Shown one piece after another: positions 29,601 through 38,156 of a stretch of DNA of 53,579 nt. Below the pieces are notes generated by a model. That model had not been told where the DNA came from and made no database searches. It worked only from the letters and a program-made list of their open reading frames with translations. Source of the stretch: Bdellovibrionota bacterium (lineage in GTDB: Bacteria > Bdellovibrionota_B > Oligoflexia > Oligoflexales > Oligoflexaceae); contig JAZKGL010000277.1 in the NCBI GenBank assembly GCA_040385935.1, positions 1 through 53,579 on the forward strand. Reading direction: 5' to 3'. A program made the translations under genes and the position numbers. The number at the start of each line of letters is the position of its first letter. The first letter of the stretch is position 1.

Positions 29601-32364
29601 TTCGGAGAATACCAACTGCGATGGTAACTATAAAACCGTGGTGATTCCCGATTTAACGCCTCCTATTCTTGTAAGTTTTACTTCGAATAAAACAACGGCT
29701 GGCAAGAGTTGGGCATTGAGTTGGTCGGCGACGGACAACATCAATAGTCCTGCCGAGCTACTCTATCGAGTCAAATATCGCTTATCCAGTGATCCTGATG
29801 CTGTGTTGAACGATTCGGATACTACGCTCTTTACTCAAATTGGTGCGCTATCCCTTCCTAGTCTTACCGGTCCGATCAACACGGATACTTATATTCACTA
29901 TCTCTTGACTGTGTCCGACGCGGCTGGGAACACGGCGAAGAAACAGGTGACTGTTTATTCGCAAAATAAAGTTGAGATTTTGAGTGTGAAAGCCAGCGAG
30001 GGTAGCGTGGCTGGTGGAAAAATCATCTATGTTGTGGGCAAGGGTTTTCACTCTAGTTCACTCGTTTCGATCGGCGGCACAGCCTGTGGAAGTTTGCAGA
30101 TACTCTCCGCCGAACATATCCTTTGCCGTAGTCCAGCGAAGGCCTTGGGAACGTATAGTTTAACGGTTACGAACACGGATACATCTTCGGCGTCTTTTGC
30201 AAATGCTTATTCGGCTTGTACACCGGATGTGAACTGTACTCAGATTTGTAATAATCCGGCCAGTTGGCAAACCCCGTTTGCCATCAATACGGGCCGCGGA
30301 TCAACCGAAAGTGCCCCGTTTATCGTCTGTGATGCAACCCAGCTTGCAGCCCTCGGTACTCAGGCTTCCGGCTTCTTTTATAAGCTGGCGGATAACATCG
30401 ATCTTTCGAGTTACACGGGAAATAGCTGGACCGGTCTCACCACACCAGGCAACGGTGACAACTTCATCGGTTTTGTTGATGGGGATGGGTACGCGGTTGT
30501 AAATTTAACGTACAATAATGCGGCGAATACTGTTCCTTTTGGGCTTTTCCGTAGGCCTTACGGTGCCTCGCGAATCAGTCGTCTGAGTGTGCTCAACGCA
30601 AATATCACGAGTGGGAATTACACAGGTATTCTTGCTGGTGCCTCGGATTATAATACGAATTTGATTTTCGAAGACATCGTTGTCCAAGGGTCAGTTTTGG
30701 GCAAAGATTATGTTGGAGGAGTGGGCGGTGAATTACGCGGGAATCTCTACCGCGCGAAGGCATACACGACTGTCAGTGGATTGTCGAATGTAGGCGGTGT
30801 CGCAGGAATCAAATTGCTAGCCTCGTCGGATATTGAATGGAGAGGGACAGTAACTGGGACCAGTGTGAACGGTGTAAATGTGGGTGGCATATACGGACAA
30901 TATTCTGGAAATAATAGTGTAGCTAGCAATCTTTTCAGCCACGGTACTGTGACCAACTTAGGAGCAAATACCTATCGCACAGCTGGAATTGCGGGTCAGT
31001 TTGTTGATATGACCATCAAAAATTCTGTTTTCGATGGAACAGTTGATGGGAGCATATACACGGGTGGAATCGGGGGGGCGTCAGCGAACGTTATATTCGA
31101 GAATATAACAACGCGCGGGACTGTGACAGGTTCTGTAGCTGTCGGTGGCATCAGTGGTTGGAGTAGACGTGTCACTGCTATAAACGTTGCGAATTATGCC
31201 AATGTAACGAATGCAGGTGACCAGACCGGAGGTCTGTTCGGTTGGGTTGAAGGGAGTGTTACAGAACCCAATGTTATTCGCGATGCCTCGCGCAACTACG
31301 GAACTGTCACGGGCCATCAAGATACTGGAGGACTGGCAGGTGTCGTCCGTTGGTTGTCCATTTATTCTTCGCGCAACGAAGGGAACGTTTCGGGAAATGG
31401 ATCAGTCGGTGGAGTCCTTGGTTGGAATACCGGCGTGTCGAATATTGTCATCGATCAGACTTACAACACAGGCAAAGTCTATGGACTCTACGATAACGTT
31501 GGTGGATTGATAGGCGGCGTGGATGGGTCCAAAGTTAACTTGATCACAAAGAGTTTCTCAACAGGTGAAGTCGAAGGTCGATCGCTTGTTGGCGGTTTGA
31601 TAGGACGTTTTCAAGGGACTCTTCAGCAAAGTTACGCGACCGGTAAGGTCACAGCTCGCGAATACGTCGCTGGTGGCTTAATTGGACAAGTCATTACACC
31701 TGCCGAGGCCCATTCATCGCTGATCGAAACCAGCTACGCAACGGGTGATGTCTATGGCGGGACTCTGACCTTCGGAGATAAATACGGCGGTTTCATCGGT
31801 GTCCTTGACTCCCGGGGGACTGTTCGCAAAAACTTTTCGCTGGGTAAGGTCAATGGCTTTGATTGGGTAGGTGGTTTCCTCGGCGCTATCCGAGGGAATG
31901 GAAACTTAGTCGAGATGAATTATTCGCGAGGGGAAGTCACGGGCCGAGGTACTTTCACTGGCGGATTCATCGGAGTTGCGTGTGAATCCTCGACAGCCCT
32001 TGCTGATTGCACCGTGCGCAATAACTATTCGCGTTCAAACGTCCATGCCAACAACCGAGCCGGTGGATTCACGGGCTGGGCGCGCATGGGAATTTCAACG
32101 AACTACTCGACCGGCAGGGTTGAGCGAATCAGCTCCGAAGCGCAATTCGGCCCGTTTGTGGGCGAAATCAGTTCGCCGGTAACGTTCACCAATAACTTCT
32201 GGGATAAAACAACTTCGGCGAGAGCCACGACAGCCGGCTCAGCGGCAGTCGGTAAGACCACGACCGAGATGAAAGATCCCAATACCTTCAGCAGCTGGGA
32301 TAACACAGTCTGGTTATTCTCAGCAGGCAATTATCCCAAGTTCATCTGGGAGGTGACGCCATGA
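26659..32364 (+). CDS. Giant surface lipoprotein: FN3-like repeats, IPT/TIG domain, GLUG-motif beta-helix
   Basis: Lipobox TGGC; repeated P.F.G(I/L) FN3 starts and YRLHVRAYDAVGN; IPT (GSVAGGKIIYVVGKGF..VSIGGTAC); YKLADNIDLS then many V.G...VGG..G GLUG repeats; WDKTTS...GKTTTEMK...YPK end. Start may be TTG 26674. Confidence 0.85.
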   Translation: MDEVRLVNAGLKVLGLMFAILVTGGCDKLSTGVQRTPIQFTGIDGIDVSTEGAYVVNWGYASGAEIESFSLYYQKIEEAEAGSLTTELTKAAFGVSIHSDKGILPAKTGQLLTILGADQNTFKTPTLDEGYYLFQVKALTKDGRIDENTSVYLLQVNPSILFRGLALATIEGPNLVMQWLPAPGIRENETFHYTIYRGPAFNSAVAYTKDTSFVYPLTNEIDGDVVHFGVRYTNGQNVEDQNSTLVAVTIPLFNKDYLGCVSGSAQSADRIKLNFEWPQSNTFTELRVYRNQKEVFSTTDRSVVSFIDRGLSEGQTYNYSCLAISPTANLSGTNVIRLGTLSTNPPTFAGIKNAAAESAKVALLSWGVSSGVPAKEFQVFATPGNTVNFGAEPSAKVGLSNLNTRVSDLGDDLPYSFGVRSCTALICDTNTEQISVVMPDNGAPTSVGATEIFIEQGKLKIRAPWTPAQGGVTKRHIFLKIDGAPSQAIGDYNLVRTVLITDPLIVSEFIYFDNPVAGKPHHVIVRDEDSHGNRSANFAIVSITTGDLNPPAFNGITALDIGAAGQEETTLKVTFTALDPSSISIGGAQTYRFYAREGGGASCSETYFKAEVPGSNYIAGTAIYTMTGLKAKTNYSVCVKVVDKFANISINANFLVRSTLDKTRPDFDGLQSLTFDAVNSLVKLSWNPSTSADINEYEIETWLTPSGLSSSIQTTIARRHADSPTGFDLTQLIIPFQSGDKLEVVVHACDNAASISGGTKNCKTFARSTALSVIFQDILPPPNFLGIAASGSQETPVQGRIIVHWIEPASWTDYSGFKVYKVNNDFSLTVMKDCPCSAANCPNHVSSCLLTDLDHYRTYRLHVRAYDAVGNYTLLDPQVSVADVRTTDETAPVFTSNLGLLYASGAASLSWSAATDNQYASEPDAAIRYRVYRKATSNFANLLEPWVGGTLIAEQQTLTYADIGNFVSGSTYYYTVCAVDASENTNCDGNYKTVVIPDLTPPILVSFTSNKTTAGKSWALSWSATDNINSPAELLYRVKYRLSSDPDAVLNDSDTTLFTQIGALSLPSLTGPINTDTYIHYLLTVSDAAGNTAKKQVTVYSQNKVEILSVKASEGSVAGGKIIYVVGKGFHSSSLVSIGGTACGSLQILSAEHILCRSPAKALGTYSLTVTNTDTSSASFANAYSACTPDVNCTQICNNPASWQTPFAINTGRGSTESAPFIVCDATQLAALGTQASGFFYKLADNIDLSSYTGNSWTGLTTPGNGDNFIGFVDGDGYAVVNLTYNNAANTVPFGLFRRPYGASRISRLSVLNANITSGNYTGILAGASDYNTNLIFEDIVVQGSVLGKDYVGGVGGELRGNLYRAKAYTTVSGLSNVGGVAGIKLLASSDIEWRGTVTGTSVNGVNVGGIYGQYSGNNSVASNLFSHGTVTNLGANTYRTAGIAGQFVDMTIKNSVFDGTVDGSIYTGGIGGASANVIFENITTRGTVTGSVAVGGISGWSRRVTAINVANYANVTNAGDQTGGLFGWVEGSVTEPNVIRDASRNYGTVTGHQDTGGLAGVVRWLSIYSSRNEGNVSGNGSVGGVLGWNTGVSNIVIDQTYNTGKVYGLYDNVGGLIGGVDGSKVNLITKSFSTGEVEGRSLVGGLIGRFQGTLQQSYATGKVTAREYVAGGLIGQVITPAEAHSSLIETSYATGDVYGGTLTFGDKYGGFIGVLDSRGTVRKNFSLGKVNGFDWVGGFLGAIRGNGNLVEMNYSRGEVTGRGTFTGGFIGVACESSTALADCTVRNNYSRSNVHANNRAGGFTGWARMGISTNYSTGRVERISSEAQFGPFVGEISSPVTFTNNFWDKTTSARATTAGSAAVGKTTTEMKDPNTFSSWDNTVWLFSAGNYPKFIWEVTP

Positions 32365-35300
32365 AGGCTTTCACACTCCACTTATTTATTCTAATGCTGT
32401 TTGGATTTGCTTGTAACAAACTGACAACTGAAAATGAAGTGGCCCCTATCGTCTTCAAAGGTATTCGTGAAATCGAAACAAGTTCCAAAGGAACGGCAAT
32501 ACTCTTATGGGATCGTCCACGAGGCGGTGAGGTCGGTGGGTTCCAGGTTTTCGTTCATGACCTCTCGGCCGTTCCTGAAGCCGCTTTGCGTCTTCAGGAT
32601 GTATCCGATAGCTCAGCACCCGTAATCCTCACCGATGCCGGTGATGAGACTGCGCCCGTGAAACTCGGTAAATTGATTCAAATCGTTGCATCGGACAAAA
32701 CAAGCTTTGAGATTCCCTATCTACTCCCAGGCCGCTATGCATTGCAGATTAAAGCGGTAGCGACCGATGGAACGCTTGATCGCAATACGAAGATCGCTAT
32801 TCTACGCGTTGAAAGTACGCTTGGCTATCAAGGTATCGAAAGCGCCGACGTCGATGGCACCGATGTCCTTATCAAGTGGCCTGCCCTACAAACAAGTTTA
32901 ACAAGCCGCAATGTGATCTACACTGTGTTCGAAGGGTCAACCTTCGAAGTTGCGAAATCGATCACTGACCAGACGAGCATTCGCCTCTCGCTCCTCGGCT
33001 ATCGCGAAGGCACGATACTCTACTTTGGTGTTCGATCAACGGATGCCAAAGGTCGCACGGATCGTAACATCAAAACTCTATCGGTAACCGTTCCCTCGGC
33101 AGCGCTTACCTACGAAGGCTGTGTGTCTGCAGAAGCTCAGGGTGCCGACCGCATCCTCGTTAAGTTCGCTTGGCCAACCGAAGATGTTCAAAATATGAAG
33201 ATCTATCGCGATGGTAACCTCGCGTATTCCACACGAGATAAAGGTGTTAACGAATTCTTTGACCTTGGTCTCAACGAAGGCGAGCAGTACACCTACAGCT
33301 GTGTCGCCTCACGGGATGACAGAACGATAGTCGGCAAGAAAATTCTAAAACTCACGACTTTAAGTTCGAACCCTCCCACTTTCAATGGAGTGACAGGTGT
33401 CGAAATCAAATCGCCCCATGCCGCTCTAGTCAAATGGGGTGTGAGTTCAGGTGTCCCAACCGATAGCTTTTGGATCTATGCGTCCGTAGGTTCGGCAGTG
33501 GATTGGAGCGCCGATCCTTTAGCCAAAGTCTCGGCGGATAAACTCGAATATTTAGTCGAGAACCTTGGCGATGACCTCACCTATTCTTTTGGTGTGCGGG
33601 CGTGTTCGGTCAAAGGTGTTTGTGATTTTAACGTCATCAATCTTACCGGATCAACAGGAGATGACGGCGCCCCACGTACCGTGGGTGCTACGGCTCTAGT
33701 CATAGCGGATGGTAAACTGAATATCACCGCGCCTTGGACCCATTCCAATGGCGGTATTTTAAAACGTTTGGTCTACATCAAGGTCAATGGCGCAGCCCCG
33801 ATCGATATAACTGGCATGTCTCTAGCCTCGACCGTTCCTGTTCCGGATCGCGCTCATCCGCCGACACTTGTTCAGTATTCGCCGATTCAGGATAACACTA
33901 CCTATCACGTACTTGTCATCGACCAAGACCCGGCGAATCAGAAGAATCTTGGTGGAACTGTGCGTTCTCTTTTCTCGGGCGATACAACCAAACCGATTTT
34001 CAACGGTCAGACTTCGATTCTAAATGGGACCTCGGGCCTGGAAGAAACTACCTTACTGGCGAAGTTCATTCCTATCGAGGCCGAACCGGCCTCACCCATA
34101 GGTGCCACGAATTATCTCGCTTTCGTTGGAGTCGGCAACGTCAACGCTTGCGCATTGACTACTCACCAGCAAAGTTTCGCTGCCATCAACTTCACGGCAA
34201 ACGTCGAAGCCACAGTTGTGATTACCGGACTTCAGCCGCTTACACAATACAGCGTGTGTATCAAGGCCCAGGATGCGGCGGGCAACCAATCTGTCAACAC
34301 ACTTTCAACTGTACGATCGACCTTAGATAAGACGGCTCCCGCCTTCGATGGGCTTCAGTCATTGACCTATGATAAACTCACCGGCGAACTCGTTCTAGGT
34401 TGGAACCCGTCGTCGGCATCCGATCTCTACGAATACACAATAAAACTCTGGAAAAACTCAGCAAATCCTTCAGGAGTTTCTGTCTTAACCTTAAAACGTC
34501 GATCGACCGATGCGGTGAGTACAACTCGAATTAACGGTGCAACGTTCGCGGTGGGTTCACTCGAAGATGTTTATGCTTTAGTGAGTGCGTGTGATAACGC
34601 AGCATCGGTCCCTGGCGGCGTGCAAAACTGCTCGGTCCATACCAATAGTTCGGCGCTGAAACTGACTCTGGCTGATATACAACCGCCGCTCGGATTTTTG
34701 GGCATCGAAGCCGAACCGAACCTCGGCGCAACCATTGAAGGCCAGATTTTAGTTCGCTGGATAGCCCCAACATCATGGAACGACTACAAAGGCTTCACGG
34801 TCTATTATGTAAACCCGGATACGCTTCAACTCACAGAAGCTAAGGAATGCGCATGCAGTGGCGACAACTGTCCGAACCATATCACCTCCTGTACTGTCAG
34901 TCCCCTTGAGCCTTACAAGACCTATCGTTTTCATGTTCGGGCCTATGATGCAGTGGGTAACATGACGATCCTTGATCCGGCTACCTATTCGACATCGAAA
35001 CGAGTGCTCGACTCGACAGCGCCTAGTTTCAGCTCAGCTCTGCAACTTATATTTGCGGAAGCAAAGATCAAACTATCGTGGGCCGCTGCCACCGATAATC
35101 AGTCAACGACGGAGCCTGGTTCGGATATTTTCTTTGAAATCTATCGAAAAAAGGGGAGTTCGTTTACTAACCCTCTCGATCCGACGACCGACGCCCAGGC
35201 AGCACTGATGGCTCGCGTTGCTCAGTCGACCGCGCGAACGTGGACAGATTTAGGTGCGGACTTTATCAGCGGTCAGCCTTATTACTATACGGTGTGTGCG

Positions 35301-38057
35301 GTCGATGCCACCGGCAATAGAAAGTGTGATGGAAACGTCAAGGACTACGTGATTCCCGATCTGTTGCCACCCGCTATAACGAGCTTCACCACTGCCAAAG
35401 GAGAAGACGATTATGAGTGGGCACTGACCTGGGTTGCGTCCGATTTGGTTACAACAGCTCCGAACCTGCTTTATAAAATCTACGCAAAACAATCCCTTCT
35501 CGAAAGTGATGCGGCGACGATTGGTGACACTGTCGTGTTCATTCAAAGTGGAACATCGACGTTTAGCGGTGTTCGCGGCCCGATCAACCGGGATGTCTAC
35601 ATCCACTACCTTCTCGTGGTCGAAGACGCTGATGGGAATAAAGCCTCTAAAACTCTCACGGTTTTTTCTCAAAACAAAGTGACCTTGGCGACAGTTCGCT
35701 CGACCGAAGGCTTGTCGACTGGGAATACGAAGATCGTTATCGTAGGCGACGGATTCAAGCCTGATCTGCAGGTGAAGATTGGTGAGTCCGACTGTCAAAA
35801 CATTATGCGTTATTCGAAAAAGCATATCATCTGCCAAACACCAGCAGGGACTGCGGGCTCTGTAAATGTGCGTGTGATCAACGCGGATGGTTCGTCAGCG
35901 ACACTTGCGAATGCCTACACCTACTGTAGCGGCAGCGGATGCCTTAAGACCTGTAACAAACCGAGCAGTTGGGGTGCTCAATTCGCAGCCGGTGACGGAA
36001 GCGATGCAAGCCCATATTTGATCTGCGATGTCTCGCATCTCAATGCCATTCGGGCGATCGGTTATGGCAAATCTTTCGTTATGGGAGAGAATATCGATTT
36101 GCAAGGCGTTACTCTTGCCCCTCTTCATAACAGCACGGGAAGTAGCAAAGAATTTCAAGGCAAGTTTGATGGCGATAACTTTGTTATTTCCAACTGGACT
36201 TACAATAATATTTCGGCTGATGGAATCGGTCTGTTCGGTAATATCAACCTTTCCAGTTTCAAGAATTTAGGTTTGATTAACTTTATTGTCACAGGTCACG
36301 ATTATATTGGGACCCTTGCGGGTGGTGCTTCGGTTACGAATTCCAACTTCGGAAATGGATACTACTCGTGGAACAATACGATCGATGGCATATTCGTCAC
36401 GGGAACGGTGAACGGAAACTATCGTGTCGGCGGTGTCATCGGCCATGCGGGGGCTATTATAAATAATGTCATGGCCTTTACTAACGTCTATGGAAAAACT
36501 CAAGTCGGCGGCATCTTCGGGCGCAAATACGATGGCGGCGGGACTATGGAACACCACGGCATCGTCAGTGCTTCGGGCAGTAGCGGTGACTGTCGTGTGG
36601 GTGGTATTGCGGGTGAATGGGGTGCTTACACGTTTACAGTTATCAATCTTAAAAATTACGGAAGCGTAACCTGCTCGGATGCGGCTAACGTGAATTCGAT
36701 TCGTACCGGTGGATTGATTGGTGACCTCTATGATGGAGACATCGTCAATGGGATCAATTATTCCACGGTAGTGGGTAAGCAGTGGACGGGTGGTCTCGTA
36801 GGGGTCGCTGCCCGAGGAACTATGACCACGATGGCAAACTATGGAACAGTCACCGGTACCGAACAAACCGGGGGTATTGTTGGTTCCGTCTACGGGAAGC
36901 TAACCCTTATCGGAGCTAAGAACACCAAAAAAATCATGGCCACATCGTATGATGTAGGCGGTCTTACCGGAAGAATGATCTGTTATTCGACGGCTCGTTG
37001 CTCGATCGAAGACTCGACCAACTCAGGCGAGGTCGTGACGACCTCCTCAACTGTAGGCGGGATTTTAGGCTACGGTGAGTACACGGATGTTAAGAATGTT
37101 TCGAATACAGCGAACGTCACCTCAGCAGGCGCTACGGGTGGAGTGGTTGGCTACATGACAGGTTCTACTATCAGCGATTCCAGCTCAACTGGAAATATCA
37201 AATCGACGACGAACCTCGGCACCGGCGGTATCTTAGGGGGAAGTAACTATAACTTGGGGGCAAGCTCTATCGTCAGAGTTACCGCCTCGGGTCGTATCGA
37301 TGGTCGCGATGATACGGGCGGAATTTTCGGACTTATGTATGGCACCGTTTCGCTTGCAAGCTATGAAGGTGACGTCACCGGTCTTGGTCGCGTCGGCGGT
37401 ATCGGTGGTCGTATCGAACCCGGCAGTACCACTGTTCCTTTCCTCATCGAACTCTCGAAAGCGAAAGGCACCGTAACAGGCGAAAATAAATGTGGTGGAC
37501 TGCTCGGTGAAATCAAAGACTACACGACCTTCAAGAAGAATAGCAACACCTCGGATGTCAACTGCGTGGGTATCGCTGGTGGTTCGATCGGTTATGTCAA
37601 CGGCAACAACATACTCATGGAACAAAGCAGCTCGCGCGGAGCGGTTTACGGCAACACGCCCGTAGGTGGATTCATAGGTGGCCTCTACCGGGATACGACT
37701 CAAAATGTGATTGTGCGCGATTCCTATAGCCGTGCATCGGCCAAAGGAAATGATAGTGTGGGCGGCTTCGCCGGAACATCGGGAGCGGTGCTCACGCGCG
37801 TGTATTCGACAGGTAAAGTCTCGCCCGATTCGACCAACAGCCGCCTTGGTGGACTCGTCGGACAGATTCATAGCACAGGGACACTCACCGATGCTTTCTG
37901 GGATAAAACGAGCAGCACGCTCTCGACGAGTGCGCTAGGTGAAGGTCGAACAACGAGCCAAATGCTCGGGAGTTCCATTTACGGAAATTTTGATCAGGCC
38001 GTCTGGTCATTTAGCGCCACTGATTATCCTAAGCTCTTATGGGAAGTAACACCTTAA
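32361..38057 (+). CDS. Giant surface lipoprotein, full-length paralogue of 26659..32364
   Basis: Lipobox GFAC; colinear motifs (CSGDNCPNH, YRFHVRAYDAVGN, GPINRDVYIHYLL, FAAGDGSDASPYLI, WDKTSS...GRTTSQM...YPKLLWEVTP); ATGA overlap. Confidence 0.85.
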   Translation: MKAFTLHLFILMLFGFACNKLTTENEVAPIVFKGIREIETSSKGTAILLWDRPRGGEVGGFQVFVHDLSAVPEAALRLQDVSDSSAPVILTDAGDETAPVKLGKLIQIVASDKTSFEIPYLLPGRYALQIKAVATDGTLDRNTKIAILRVESTLGYQGIESADVDGTDVLIKWPALQTSLTSRNVIYTVFEGSTFEVAKSITDQTSIRLSLLGYREGTILYFGVRSTDAKGRTDRNIKTLSVTVPSAALTYEGCVSAEAQGADRILVKFAWPTEDVQNMKIYRDGNLAYSTRDKGVNEFFDLGLNEGEQYTYSCVASRDDRTIVGKKILKLTTLSSNPPTFNGVTGVEIKSPHAALVKWGVSSGVPTDSFWIYASVGSAVDWSADPLAKVSADKLEYLVENLGDDLTYSFGVRACSVKGVCDFNVINLTGSTGDDGAPRTVGATALVIADGKLNITAPWTHSNGGILKRLVYIKVNGAAPIDITGMSLASTVPVPDRAHPPTLVQYSPIQDNTTYHVLVIDQDPANQKNLGGTVRSLFSGDTTKPIFNGQTSILNGTSGLEETTLLAKFIPIEAEPASPIGATNYLAFVGVGNVNACALTTHQQSFAAINFTANVEATVVITGLQPLTQYSVCIKAQDAAGNQSVNTLSTVRSTLDKTAPAFDGLQSLTYDKLTGELVLGWNPSSASDLYEYTIKLWKNSANPSGVSVLTLKRRSTDAVSTTRINGATFAVGSLEDVYALVSACDNAASVPGGVQNCSVHTNSSALKLTLADIQPPLGFLGIEAEPNLGATIEGQILVRWIAPTSWNDYKGFTVYYVNPDTLQLTEAKECACSGDNCPNHITSCTVSPLEPYKTYRFHVRAYDAVGNMTILDPATYSTSKRVLDSTAPSFSSALQLIFAEAKIKLSWAAATDNQSTTEPGSDIFFEIYRKKGSSFTNPLDPTTDAQAALMARVAQSTARTWTDLGADFISGQPYYYTVCAVDATGNRKCDGNVKDYVIPDLLPPAITSFTTAKGEDDYEWALTWVASDLVTTAPNLLYKIYAKQSLLESDAATIGDTVVFIQSGTSTFSGVRGPINRDVYIHYLLVVEDADGNKASKTLTVFSQNKVTLATVRSTEGLSTGNTKIVIVGDGFKPDLQVKIGESDCQNIMRYSKKHIICQTPAGTAGSVNVRVINADGSSATLANAYTYCSGSGCLKTCNKPSSWGAQFAAGDGSDASPYLICDVSHLNAIRAIGYGKSFVMGENIDLQGVTLAPLHNSTGSSKEFQGKFDGDNFVISNWTYNNISADGIGLFGNINLSSFKNLGLINFIVTGHDYIGTLAGGASVTNSNFGNGYYSWNNTIDGIFVTGTVNGNYRVGGVIGHAGAIINNVMAFTNVYGKTQVGGIFGRKYDGGGTMEHHGIVSASGSSGDCRVGGIAGEWGAYTFTVINLKNYGSVTCSDAANVNSIRTGGLIGDLYDGDIVNGINYSTVVGKQWTGGLVGVAARGTMTTMANYGTVTGTEQTGGIVGSVYGKLTLIGAKNTKKIMATSYDVGGLTGRMICYSTARCSIEDSTNSGEVVTTSSTVGGILGYGEYTDVKNVSNTANVTSAGATGGVVGYMTGSTISDSSSTGNIKSTTNLGTGGILGGSNYNLGASSIVRVTASGRIDGRDDTGGIFGLMYGTVSLASYEGDVTGLGRVGGIGGRIEPGSTTVPFLIELSKAKGTVTGENKCGGLLGEIKDYTTFKKNSNTSDVNCVGIAGGSIGYVNGNNILMEQSSSRGAVYGNTPVGGFIGGLYRDTTQNVIVRDSYSRASAKGNDSVGGFAGTSGAVLTRVYSTGKVSPDSTNSRLGGLVGQIHSTGTLTDAFWDKTSSTLSTSALGEGRTTSQMLGSSIYGNFDQAVWSFSATDYPKLLWEVTP

Positions 38058-38107
38058 GTTCTTTTTCAAAAGCCACAGTTTTTTTGAGAAGTGCAAATCT
38101 TACCGGG

Positions 38108-38134
38108 TAAAGATTGAAGTAAGAATTCCGAAAG
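38108..38134 (+). promoter_or_regulatory. Sigma-28-like promoter for the barrel-TPR-TPR operon
   Basis: TAAAGATT-N11-TCCGAAAG. Confidence 0.55.
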
Positions 38135-38156
38135 TCCTTGGTGAACCTCTCCAAGG

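Noticed and set aside
26659-38057. Autotransporter, two-partner or T9SS substrates
   Set aside because: Both have lipoboxes and lack a C-terminal barrel, TPS domain or T9SS CTD.
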